Position numbers and translations under genes: made by a program
Source of the DNA: a virus
IMG/VR virus record: IMGVR_UViG_3300025849_000010
Location: 1 to 64,000 of that record
Length of the DNA: 64,000 nt
Direction: 5' to 3' (one strand)
Notes under the pieces: model-generated
What the model was told of the DNA's origin: nothing
Databases searched by the model: none
What the model saw: the letters and a program-made list of their open reading frames with translations, nothing else
Part shown: in pieces, positions 37,121-46,700 of the stretch
How positions within the stretch are numbered: the first letter of the stretch is position 1
Layout of the letters: the number at the start of each line of letters is the position of its first letter

Positions 37121-37634
37121 ATGCTATCCCTACGTTTTCTACGTGTGCAGGCACAAATATATCTATATCTTTAGTAAAGCACTCGTCTACGTGTATATTA
37201 ATATCATCGTCAAATAAAATTGTTTTATATAAAATATGAAAACAATTCTTTGCGCAAATGTAAAACACATTTGAATTCAAAAACTCTCCTTCAAATCGTA
37301 ACGTTTTATTTGTTGAGTTTATGTATATCATATTCTTACATGATGCTGTAGGAATTTTGTAAAAAGAATGTTCTGTTGTAATAGATATATCTGTGTTAAT
37401 TTTTTCAATTACAAAATTATCACCTAACTGCACTACAGTATAATTGTGTTTAAGTATGTCACCATTAAGAAATTTTTCCGCTAGACTCTCACTGATATTA
37501 ATAGAGTTGTCTGGAGCATCTCCCGAATGAGAAAAGACAGCCGTTATTCTATTTTCACTATCGTATGACACATAGTATTTTAATGTACGAGCTAACATCT
37601 GATGACGACGAATGTCGTCTAATATACTACTCAT
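37113..37634 (-). CDS. Hypothetical protein
   Basis: 173 aa; coupled to both neighbours. Confidence 0.65.
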   Translation of the reverse strand: MSSILDDIRRHQMLARTLKYYVSYDSENRITAVFSHSGDAPDNSINISESLAEKFLNGDILKHNYTVVQLGDNFVIEKINTDISITTEHSFYKIPTASCKNMIYINSTNKTLRFEGEFLNSNVFYICAKNCFHILYKTILFDDDINIHVDECFTKDIDIFVPAHVENVGIAYE

Positions 37635-38403
37635 TGAACAACTCCTTTACGTCTGTTGGTAAGAAATCGTCTTCAACATAATGTAATATATCATTCAACA
37701 TATACGAATCTAACATAATTTTTCCGTGAAACGTGTAAACTGGAATTCTATTAGTTACAGTATCTGACGGTGTATTCCAATCTTGCATTTTGGGTTTTAA
37801 ATGTATAAAGGTAGGCACTGTTGTATTATCAGTAGTAGCACTCTCTAGTCCTAATATTTTTATAGCAAGTGCCATGTTTAAATCAATACTTTGTCCAGAC
37901 TGGTATGTGTTCTTTAAAAACTTACTATAATAAGATTTCCAATTAAGCGTAATATCTTTCAATAGCTCAAACACTAATTTAGAAGTAGGTGTCTTTTTAA
38001 AATAATAAAATGCTGTGTATAAATTAGGCAAACTATTCTTTACAAAAGTTTTTCTATAATAGTCGCTTGTTGCAATAGTATTTCTATAGGTTAAAACATT
38101 AGTTGTAAAAAACATATCATGATGTGAAAACTTATCCCACCAATGGTCTACGTTTCGACAAAATACCATATCAGCATCAAGTACAATTGTTTCTTCATAA
38201 GGAGACATCTCATATGCTCGCCAGCGATTCTCTATTTTCCATTCACTGTCTTTTGCGTAATCGTCTTTAATGTCTTTATCAGTAATAATAGTTACGTTGT
38301 TTATGCTATTAAATTTTTTAATACTTGCTGCTAACAATTCTGCTTGTTTTACATAATCAGTCTTACCGTTGTTTTGTGCGAAAATGACATAGCCTTTACT
38401 CAT
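37627..38403 (-). CDS. GT-A glycosyltransferase (GT8-like)
   Basis: SPYEETIVLDADM (DxD), late FIHLK His motif. Confidence 0.7.
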   Translation of the reverse strand: MSKGYVIFAQNNGKTDYVKQAELLAASIKKFNSINNVTIITDKDIKDDYAKDSEWKIENRWRAYEMSPYEETIVLDADMVFCRNVDHWWDKFSHHDMFFTTNVLTYRNTIATSDYYRKTFVKNSLPNLYTAFYYFKKTPTSKLVFELLKDITLNWKSYYSKFLKNTYQSGQSIDLNMALAIKILGLESATTDNTTVPTFIHLKPKMQDWNTPSDTVTNRIPVYTFHGKIMLDSYMLNDILHYVEDDFLPTDVKELFNE

Positions 38404-39256
38404 TTACAAACTCCTTGTCGATTAGATCATTTAAGTGAAGTTTATTCATAATGTGTATATTCATACCTTCAACCGAGACTATGTTAACTTTGTCTATTCT
38501 TGATTTTTGTCCTAAAACAAACGTATACTTTCCATCTTTAATAGTTAGCAAGTCATCTTGAGGACTAGTATATAACATTTTGCCAGGTAACTGACACGGC
38601 CAATTAGTTTCTTGGTATCCGTTGAGCATATGCAATGCTATACTAAAGGCGTAATCATTTCTATAAAGTTTTAGAGGTATACGATACAATGTCCTAAAAT
38701 AATGATAATGTTCTTTAATATAATTTACTAGTTCAAATAGTTTTTTAGTTCGTTCAGTTTTCTTAAAAACTAATACAGTTGCCCACCAAAAATCAATAGC
38801 TTCATCGGATATTTTGTCAAAGCCTTTTATATTTCTTTTATATGCAATATCGCAACTATCTCTAAACATAAACAAATCTGATGGCTGATCTAATACTTTT
38901 AGGAAACTGCTATTATTGATTAAGTAATCTGTATCTATTACAATAGTAGTGTCAAATGGAGTTATGTCATAAGCACTTGCCCGATTTACATTTTTCCATT
39001 CTGCACGTATACTGTGATGTTCACCGCCGAAAAATTCTCTATTTTGAAAGTTAGATTCCCGTGGCATTTGAAAAATTACATCATCTACGTATTTTTTATA
39101 CCATGGATATGTTTTTTCAAGATAACTTACACTGTCAGTCACAATAACTACAGGCAATTTTAAATGCTGTTTTACTAGCTTTGCGTTATATATTGCTTGT
39201 TTAACATAGTCTATTGCAGTGTTGTTATATGCAAACAAGAGTACTCCTGTTGTCAT
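38396..39256 (-). CDS. GT-A glycosyltransferase (GT8-like), paralog of the neighbour
   Basis: TPFDTTIVIDTDY (DxD), RNDYAFSIA, IHIMNK. Confidence 0.7.
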   Translation of the reverse strand: MTTGVLLFAYNNTAIDYVKQAIYNAKLVKQHLKLPVVIVTDSVSYLEKTYPWYKKYVDDVIFQMPRESNFQNREFFGGEHHSIRAEWKNVNRASAYDITPFDTTIVIDTDYLINNSSFLKVLDQPSDLFMFRDSCDIAYKRNIKGFDKISDEAIDFWWATVLVFKKTERTKKLFELVNYIKEHYHYFRTLYRIPLKLYRNDYAFSIALHMLNGYQETNWPCQLPGKMLYTSPQDDLLTIKDGKYTFVLGQKSRIDKVNIVSVEGMNIHIMNKLHLNDLIDKEFVNE

Positions 39257-39597
39257 AGAGATAGCAAATCCTCTAACTTTCGAGATTTCAAAATTGCATC
39301 TTCATACTGCAAAAAATATGTCTCCGTTGCAGACTTGTATGTGTCAGTAACTAATTTTAAAAATTCTATAATATTAGTAATTTTTATAGGAATGTCGTTG
39401 TCATCTGTAATAACACTAATTTCATTTTCAAATGCTGTTTGTAAAAATGCAATTAGTTCTTTATTAGCAGTAAACTTTCCACCATTGAAGAATACAATGA
39501 TTGCTTCTTGAAACTGTTCTTTCAGTAGCCGCTTTTGATTGTTAATAGTGTCAATATGATGTATATCTTCTAATACTGTCTTTAATCGTTGATCCAT
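39253..39597 (-). CDS. Hypothetical phage protein
   Basis: 114 aa; GGAG SD; first gene behind a promoter. Confidence 0.75.
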   Translation of the reverse strand: MDQRLKTVLEDIHHIDTINNQKRLLKEQFQEAIIVFFNGGKFTANKELIAFLQTAFENEISVITDDNDIPIKITNIIEFLKLVTDTYKSATETYFLQYEDAILKSRKLEDLLSL

Positions 39598-39619
39598 TTA
39601 GACTCCGCCTTTATAGTAT

Positions 39620-39648
39620 ATATTACACTATAAAGTTAAAGTTGTCAA
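39620..39648 (-). promoter_or_regulatory. Sigma70-type promoter heading the GT block
   Basis: TTGACA (39648-39643), 17 nt, TAATAT (39625-39620); -10 flanked by the inverted repeat CTTTATAGT/ACTATAAAG. Confidence 0.65.
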
Positions 39649-39657
39649 GAGCGATTT

Positions 39658-41193
39658 TTAAGCAAATCCAGCAAAGGTTGGTTCTACTATAACAGTAGTG
39701 CTTGTAGATGCGTCTACTGAACTAACATAGCTTGTAAATTCAACGGTGTAGTCTTGAGCGGCTGCACCAGTTTTTAGCAATGTTGCTTCCCAGTTAATAT
39801 TAACGGCTGCTGAACTGTTTCCAGTAAGAATGCCACTGTTATACAATACCGTTCCCGAAGTGTTTGAACCTTGGAAAATACGTATTCGAAGTGTACCTGC
39901 AATGTCAGGACTTCCTCTAAGCAATCCAAAGAATGTCCAATTAGAAGCACCGGCTTTTGATGCGACACCTCTAACTTTTACCGACCAGTTGTCTGCAGGT
40001 ATAGTAAATGTTTTTGTCCAAGCAGTACCGTTAGTGTCTCCGGAACTAAATGGCCCAATAGTAGGTATAGCAGGACTAGATACTAGCGGCGGGATGTCTG
40101 TGATTTCTGAAACTGTCCAGGTAGGATTAGTTACATTAGTTACTGACGGATTAGCCCCAACCGTATTAAATAAAGGGTTAGTGCCAGCTGTAATTGTTTT
40201 TACAGAAACCCAAGAAGCTACTCCGGCGTTTACATTTTCATCTCGAGGATCGTCTGGCCAATTTTTTAATGATCGATCATAATCCGAACACGTTACTTTT
40301 GCTGTGATTACTGTATTAGCAGCATTACGTTTAAGTTCTACTTTAGTCTGATTCATTTCATATAATGCATCGGTTGAATCAAGTTTTAAGACAAATTGTG
40401 CATAATCAGTTCCAAGTACATTAAAAATAGAACGGTCAACTCGAAAATCTATAGGGTTAGATACATTTAAATGATTATACCACCAGTTTCTCTTGGCTTG
40501 CGTTCGAGGACTAGTATACGGAACTCCTGAACTATTAGTTAGTCTAATAGAAAAGATTAACTCTCCCCCCATATCAAAAAATCTATCTCTATTTGCAGTC
40601 GAGCTAAATGTAATAGAAAATTCTCTAGATATTCTACCCCTAGCGTTGTCGCCTGCTTGTTGATCGCCAGTTTTGCCTTCGTCAACTTCAATGTCTGATC
40701 CGCCGCCCCAGTCAGTTGGACTAACATCTCCAGCTTGGGCACTGGTAGCGGGATTAGTAAATTGATTAGCGGCGTGTACGCCTGCCATACCTTCTGCAAT
40801 TTCTAATGAAAGTTGAAGGTCATTATATCCGGTAATAGTATCTCTAGGTCCTGAAATATCTCCATTTTCATCATATACATATCCGTCACCTGCTAGAATA
40901 GCATCGCCTTCGTTGTATTCTGTAAATGATGGTTGGCTAGTGGGAAGTCCTACATCAGCGCTGCCTAGTTGATGAACTCTTAACCAATAATAGATTGCAA
41001 ATGCTTTATCAAAATGAACATTATTAAGTGTTTCGCCTGCTGTTACTGCATCAAATGATCCTTCGGCTCCTAGGTACGTATTGATCATAGTAGTACTGAC
41101 GCCGTATGTACCTGCTAGAGCTATTATTCTAGTTCGTAAATCATTGTAATGTGCTGCGGTAATCTCGTCACCGACTGATACTACTTCTCCCAT
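39658..41193 (-). CDS. Probable virion structural protein
   Basis: Ser/Thr/Gly-rich beta protein downstream of the tail fibres; AGGAG SD; paralog of 41210-42208 with an extra C-terminal beta domain. Confidence 0.65.
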   Translation of the reverse strand: MGEVVSVGDEITAAHYNDLRTRIIALAGTYGVSTTMINTYLGAEGSFDAVTAGETLNNVHFDKAFAIYYWLRVHQLGSADVGLPTSQPSFTEYNEGDAILAGDGYVYDENGDISGPRDTITGYNDLQLSLEIAEGMAGVHAANQFTNPATSAQAGDVSPTDWGGGSDIEVDEGKTGDQQAGDNARGRISREFSITFSSTANRDRFFDMGGELIFSIRLTNSSGVPYTSPRTQAKRNWWYNHLNVSNPIDFRVDRSIFNVLGTDYAQFVLKLDSTDALYEMNQTKVELKRNAANTVITAKVTCSDYDRSLKNWPDDPRDENVNAGVASWVSVKTITAGTNPLFNTVGANPSVTNVTNPTWTVSEITDIPPLVSSPAIPTIGPFSSGDTNGTAWTKTFTIPADNWSVKVRGVASKAGASNWTFFGLLRGSPDIAGTLRIRIFQGSNTSGTVLYNSGILTGNSSAAVNINWEATLLKTGAAAQDYTVEFTSYVSSVDASTSTTVIVEPTFAGFA

Positions 41194-41209
41194 ATATAAC
41201 TCCTATCTA

Positions 41210-42208
41210 TTAAAGCGTGTTGCCGTTTAGAAAAGTGATACTCGGAGAAGGTGCCGTTACGTATTCAGTATCAGCACGATACTCAGAAAGTTTAATAATT
41301 GTTCCCGGTTGCACAGTTTCGTCTACTGGAATAGGAGGAGTAAAAGACTGACCGTCTCCAACATCTGCATCTACACATGTTACTTTTAAGTAAACTATTT
41401 GCGAGTTTCCGTTACTATTTAAAACTTGGTCACACTTTGCTTGTATTGTTATATAGTTCTCTGCATATAACGAGTTTGTATTTGTGGCCCAATAACCTAC
41501 TTGCTGGTAAGAATTAGTAAGCCCTGACCATCCTTCGTTAATAAGACTAGCTGTACCAGCTGATTGACGAGCTTTTAAATAATAACTAAAGTTAGACATA
41601 ATGTCTCGCCAATGCACATTTTTAGCATCAGAAGTATCAATGTGCTGACCAGTTATTCTAAGCTCGCCGCCTGTATTCCAAAAACGTCTAGCTGCTGCCG
41701 GTGTACCGAAATCAATTTTAAATTCGCAATCAATACTTGCCGTTGTTGCAGAATTTCCCCAAACTGCCGACCTAGTTGTACTTAACTTATCGTATTCATT
41801 TCTTGACCCTAGTGCATGAAGTCCATTATTTAACGCAACTTTAGCTCTAGTAATTTCTAATTCTAAATCTTCGTATCCTGCAAGTTCGTCGTCAAGAACA
41901 ACATCTCCTAATTCATTTAATCGATATGTTGCATCGTCGCCGACAATATCTGCTGGGTCGATTTGAGAAAGTGTAGTTGGCAATGCGCCAGTTTGGTGTA
42001 CACGAGCAGCAACAATAGCATTATACAATTGCCTATGTTCTGTTGCGCCAATAACTCCGCCTCTTGCAGCAGGATTAATTATATAATTCTGCCCGTATCC
42101 ACCGAAGTTAATATTTAATTCCGGATTGCTATTAAAATCATTATTGTTAACAACATTTAATATCTGAGTACGTAATCTATTAAACGCTTCTGCCGTAATA
42201 CTCGCCAT
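41210..42208 (-). CDS. Probable virion structural protein
   Basis: Shares ITA..N.LR, RVHQ.G, RF...GGEL, LY..N and DE.V motifs with the previous gene. Confidence 0.65.
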   Translation of the reverse strand: MASITAEAFNRLRTQILNVVNNNDFNSNPELNINFGGYGQNYIINPAARGGVIGATEHRQLYNAIVAARVHQTGALPTTLSQIDPADIVGDDATYRLNELGDVVLDDELAGYEDLELEITRAKVALNNGLHALGSRNEYDKLSTTRSAVWGNSATTASIDCEFKIDFGTPAAARRFWNTGGELRITGQHIDTSDAKNVHWRDIMSNFSYYLKARQSAGTASLINEGWSGLTNSYQQVGYWATNTNSLYAENYITIQAKCDQVLNSNGNSQIVYLKVTCVDADVGDGQSFTPPIPVDETVQPGTIIKLSEYRADTEYVTAPSPSITFLNGNTL

Positions 42209-42211
42209 AAT

Positions 42212-43705
42212 TTACACCTTTAGTACACATTCAACTAGCTTTTCATCTTCGTCACTATTTGATTCTAGTGCTATCCCTACTAGTGCATTTGTTGCTGTAG
42301 TAGTACTTACGCCGTCTGTCATTGCATAAACTGCTTGACCTTTGCGCACAGCACCTTTTACTCTTACTGGAACACGCCCTTTAAGTGCAATATATTGTCC
42401 ATCTGCTTCGCTATTCATTTTAAATGCAGGATCAGTTGAAACTACTCCTACACAAAAGTCTTGTGCAGCAGCTAGATCTACTTCGTGGTCTGGATGATCA
42501 CATACTGCTACTGCTGTACCTGCTGGTAATTCTTCTGCTGTTGTATATTTCTCTGCCAAGTCAGCGTATTGTGCTTCAGTTGCAACACCTGCAAATTTTG
42601 TAGCATTAATTGTACCTTGTGCATCTCTAACCGGAATAGTTAACGGATTGTCGGCTACTGTTGCTCTTGCAAACAAGCCACTTCCCTGTCCATTATATTC
42701 AACTTCCTGTGATTGTGTAACCACACCGTCGAATGTATCAGCATACACAGTTCTAAATTTAATAGTATTTGTTCCTAAGTCGCTTGTACTATCTGTTTCT
42801 GGTCTAAAAGTATTAGCACTAACTCTAAAACGTATTGAACTACTGTCTTGGAACGCAATATCTGTTCCGCCGTTGTTATTAACTACTGCAATGTTTCCGT
42901 TATTAAATAGCTTAAACGTGTCAGCCGAACCAATTGTTAAACCACCACTTGCTCCTTCTGCACGAATATTAGTTTGTGCAAGCATTTCTGGGGAATTTTT
43001 CTGAACAAACTCTGAAGAGTCAAATACAGTTCCGTCAACAACAAGTTTTTCAGCAGCACTAGCAGTACCCCAGAACCTTGTTGGTCCTGATGTGTAGCCT
43101 GTTGAGTTTGTATTTCTTAGAGTAAGTCCTGATTTAACTTCAGTGTAGTTAGCAAGGTCTAAGTTTTCAGCTTCTGCTGTATTAATGGGGAACGATTCTT
43201 GAGAAACAGTAAAAATAACATCGCCGTTTACATAAGCTCTTACAATAGGTTTTAGGGATCCGTCATAAGATGATTTAGCAAAGCCTGTTTCTAGCTGTGT
43301 TACTTGTCCTTGTGATGTAGTCTGCGGACCTACAAGGATATATTCTGAACCAGTGTATACAAACACTTGATCGTTTGCACTATCTAACCAAAAATCGCCT
43401 GCTGTTTGGCCTTCTGGCTGGAGTGTAGATACTTCAGCACCAGAAGCTGGGCGGAAGCGTTGTCCATCGTAGAACCTAATTCTATTCTCTGTTGCATCGT
43501 ACCAAATCATACCAGTCACTTTACGTGCTGGTTCTCCTGTACCTGCAAAGTTTTCTAACAAGTGATAAAAATTTTCATTTTGTAACTCGCCGTAACCAGC
43601 ATAGTTTTTACCAATCATCTTCAATGCTGTTGATTGATTAACTGTGCCGTCCTCAATAGTGATGTCGCTGTTGACACCAGTAAAACTGTTTATTGTATAA
43701 GCCAT
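42212..43705 (-). CDS. Tail fibre/spike with C-terminal peptidase G2-like intramolecular chaperone
   Basis: Shared fibre N-terminus (IGKNYAGYG..NENF.HLLENFA); C-terminal YADLAEKY...VGVVS...LKGRVPVRV. Confidence 0.75.
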   Translation of the reverse strand: MAYTINSFTGVNSDITIEDGTVNQSTALKMIGKNYAGYGELQNENFYHLLENFAGTGEPARKVTGMIWYDATENRIRFYDGQRFRPASGAEVSTLQPEGQTAGDFWLDSANDQVFVYTGSEYILVGPQTTSQGQVTQLETGFAKSSYDGSLKPIVRAYVNGDVIFTVSQESFPINTAEAENLDLANYTEVKSGLTLRNTNSTGYTSGPTRFWGTASAAEKLVVDGTVFDSSEFVQKNSPEMLAQTNIRAEGASGGLTIGSADTFKLFNNGNIAVVNNNGGTDIAFQDSSSIRFRVSANTFRPETDSTSDLGTNTIKFRTVYADTFDGVVTQSQEVEYNGQGSGLFARATVADNPLTIPVRDAQGTINATKFAGVATEAQYADLAEKYTTAEELPAGTAVAVCDHPDHEVDLAAAQDFCVGVVSTDPAFKMNSEADGQYIALKGRVPVRVKGAVRKGQAVYAMTDGVSTTTATNALVGIALESNSDEDEKLVECVLKV

Positions 43706-43740
43706 TTCTTTCGAACCCCTAAATGTTTTGTTCTTCTATG

Positions 43741-43747
43741 TATTTAT
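43741..43747 (-). promoter_or_regulatory. Late-type promoter box
   Basis: ATAAATA overlapping the upstream stop codon, in front of a structural gene. Confidence 0.6.
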
Positions 43748-46700
43748 TTGTTTTCTAACTTTGCTAGACGAGCTTCGAGATCATCTATCTTGTTAAGTGC
43801 ATTTTGCAATGCGCCAGTAAGTAAAGGTACTAATTTACTATGATCTAGCTGCTGTGCTTTAACTCTGCCATCATCTTCAACTGCATCTTTTTCTCCGTAC
43901 ACTGCTTGTGGTACAACTTCTTGCACTTGGTGTGCTAAGAAACCGTCGTGTACATTTTCATTTTCATCTGCAATATATGTAAACTTAATTGGTTTCAGAG
44001 CTTTTACACGATCAGCAGCATCAGACATATCGCCTACAACTTCTTTTAATCTATAATCAGAAGTTGTGTTGTATGCTGTAGTTGATCCATCAGTTGTAAC
44101 AGAACCAATTGTGCCGTTGGCATTTTTAAAGCTAATTACGTCACGAAGTGCAGTAGTATTTGTACCAAACTCCATATCGCCACTAGTTGTAATCATTACA
44201 CGGTTGGCTGTAGGACTAAATGCTCCGCCGCCGATGATGAATTGACTACTGTTCATTCTCATTACTTCTGATAGACCGCTTTCAAAGTATACAGAAGCAG
44301 AGTTAGATCCACCAATATAAGTATCTGGGTTACCTTTAAATCTGCCGCCTTTGCCGGTGCCACTACCAATACCTTGGAATAATGCATCTCCGTTTGACGT
44401 ACTTTGGACTCTTGCTTCTTGGTCAGCTGTGCCTGAAATATGCAGTTCTGCAGACAATGAAGTGTTTAAACCAATGCCTAATCCGGAACTGAAATAACCA
44501 GTACGGAAATTGTTAATCTGTGAACCCACGTCATAAGTTGCATTAGTGTTAGGAAATACTGATCCACTAACATTTGCAAGTTTTGTCTGTACTCTTGCAT
44601 CAGTGTAGTACAAGTTTAGACCTTCGCCTAAGTTTGTAGTTGATTTATTTCCAAAAGCAGTGTCAAAACGTGATTGTGTATAGTATAAGTTAGTTCCTTC
44701 TGCAACAACAGTTGAGCTAATAGATTGCCAAGTAGCTGCTCCTAGTCCGTTAGTAATAAGAGCTTGGTTTGCCGATCCATCTGTTGCTGGAATTGTAAAT
44801 GCATTTGCAAATTTAGAAACGCCTGTACTTGAGTTAACACTGTATAGTTCTGTTCCGGAGTTATTAATAACTTTAAAGTATTCATTTGCACCGTTTGAAA
44901 CGTCAGTATCTAGTCGTACTGTAATGCCACCTTGTGAACGCATCTCTGAACCGTCAATAACCATAGAACTTGTATTATCACTAAATGTAACACTACCGTT
45001 CATAGCATGATTTGATGCATATGTCAAGTCGCCAAGTGTTGCCGAGCCGTTGATCTGTAGTTGTCCAGTAGCAGCATAATCAACAATGTTTGTTAAACTT
45101 CTAGCTGCGGTAATAACTTCAACACTTCCGATACCAAGGTTGCCATTAATATCTAAACGCTGCACCGGACTCTGTGTACCAAAGCCAACATTACCGTCTG
45201 CGCCGTTAACAAACACTGCATCAGGTGCGCCGTTGCCTTCAATTCGGAAGTTAACATCTGCGCCAGTCTCGTTGAACACAACTTCATTGTTACCAAACGA
45301 ATGCTCTACATAAACGTTGTTTTTGTAGTTTTCAAAAATAGTACGTGACGCTTTGGTTGATGCTGTAAAGTCTAAAATCTGTGATCTTATTCTACTAAAT
45401 GCAGTTTCGTTGCCTAAGTTGTCATTGCCAGTTAACTGTATACCACCAATAAAGTCACTATCTGCAGGGTTTGCAGAATCTCTGTACACATTAAAGTACG
45501 GACCTGCGTCAGTTGTTGATTCTGTATTTTTAATTCTAGCAACTACAAGATCTGAAACTCCATCAACATCAAGTTTATATGTTGCAGGTCTAGGAGTTGC
45601 TCCGTAAATTACAGGATCGTACCCGATACCTAGTTTTCCATTTGGAATGTAAATATCGCCTGTGCCTTGTGGCCTTAGTTCAATATCTGCATTACTATCT
45701 ATTGTACTAATTACGTTATCTCTAAAGTTAATAGTTCCGCCAATTGTTAACTCGTTAACATTAAGCGAAGCTGTATCAACTGCTAGTGCTTTAACAGTAC
45801 CGTTAACATCGAGCAATGCTTGTGCAGTTGTTTTACCAATTGCAACACGACCTTGCGTATCAGTTCCTAATGGTTGAATTGCTAAGTTACGTCCGCCTTG
45901 ACTCAATTCCTTTGCTTCAATAAATGCAAAGTCTGCGTTTGTTTCGTAACCCATACCAAGTACAAAATTAGTATTATTTGCCCCTGTAACTTTTAGTTGT
46001 GCATCTTGTGCATAGTTAACTGTATTAAGATCCTTAGCAACAGTTGCATTGCCGTCAGTATCTAGTGTGCCAGTAAGTGTTAGATTATTAAACTGTACAT
46101 TAGAAGTTGTTTCAACTGGCTGACCTATTGCGATTTGTCCGCTAGCATTATCATATGTAACACCTGTGCTGCCTGCTAAACTTAGTCTTGCTCTTGCTTC
46201 TGTAAAATATCTATTATTATTTCCTTCAGATATTTCATTTGAAGTTAGTGTAACTACTCCAGTTAAACCGTTAACACTGTCTACAGGCGAATCAATTGTG
46301 ATAATACCTGTGCCGCTGTTGTAAGTACCGTCGCCAGTTACACTAATAGCTGCTCTTGCTCTAGCATCTGTAAAGTATAAGTTTGACGTGCCTTCTGCTA
46401 AAGCGTTTGTTGTAGTACTCGATAGTGATGCTGCAAACCTAGAGTTAGTATAGTAGAAGTTAGTTATTCCTTCGCTTAGATCATCTGAATCTTTTGCACC
46501 AAATGCCGTATCAAATCTACCTTGAGTATAATATACATTAGTTGATCCTTCAGATAACGCATCAGTAGATTCTGCTATTGGAAAATATCCAGCGCCATCA
46601 TTTGTTGCTTCCCATCTGTCTGACGATTCGTTCCAGCGTATTAATACATTAGTTAATGAACCTCGTTCAACTTCAATACCTGCATTGAGTGTAGGAAGAG

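Noticed and set aside
15891-39657. RiPP precursor peptide for the radical SAM/SPASM enzymes
   Set aside because: Intergenic gaps are under 100 nt and hold no convincing leader-core ORF; no RRE, peptidase or exporter recognised. A precursor outside the window cannot be excluded.
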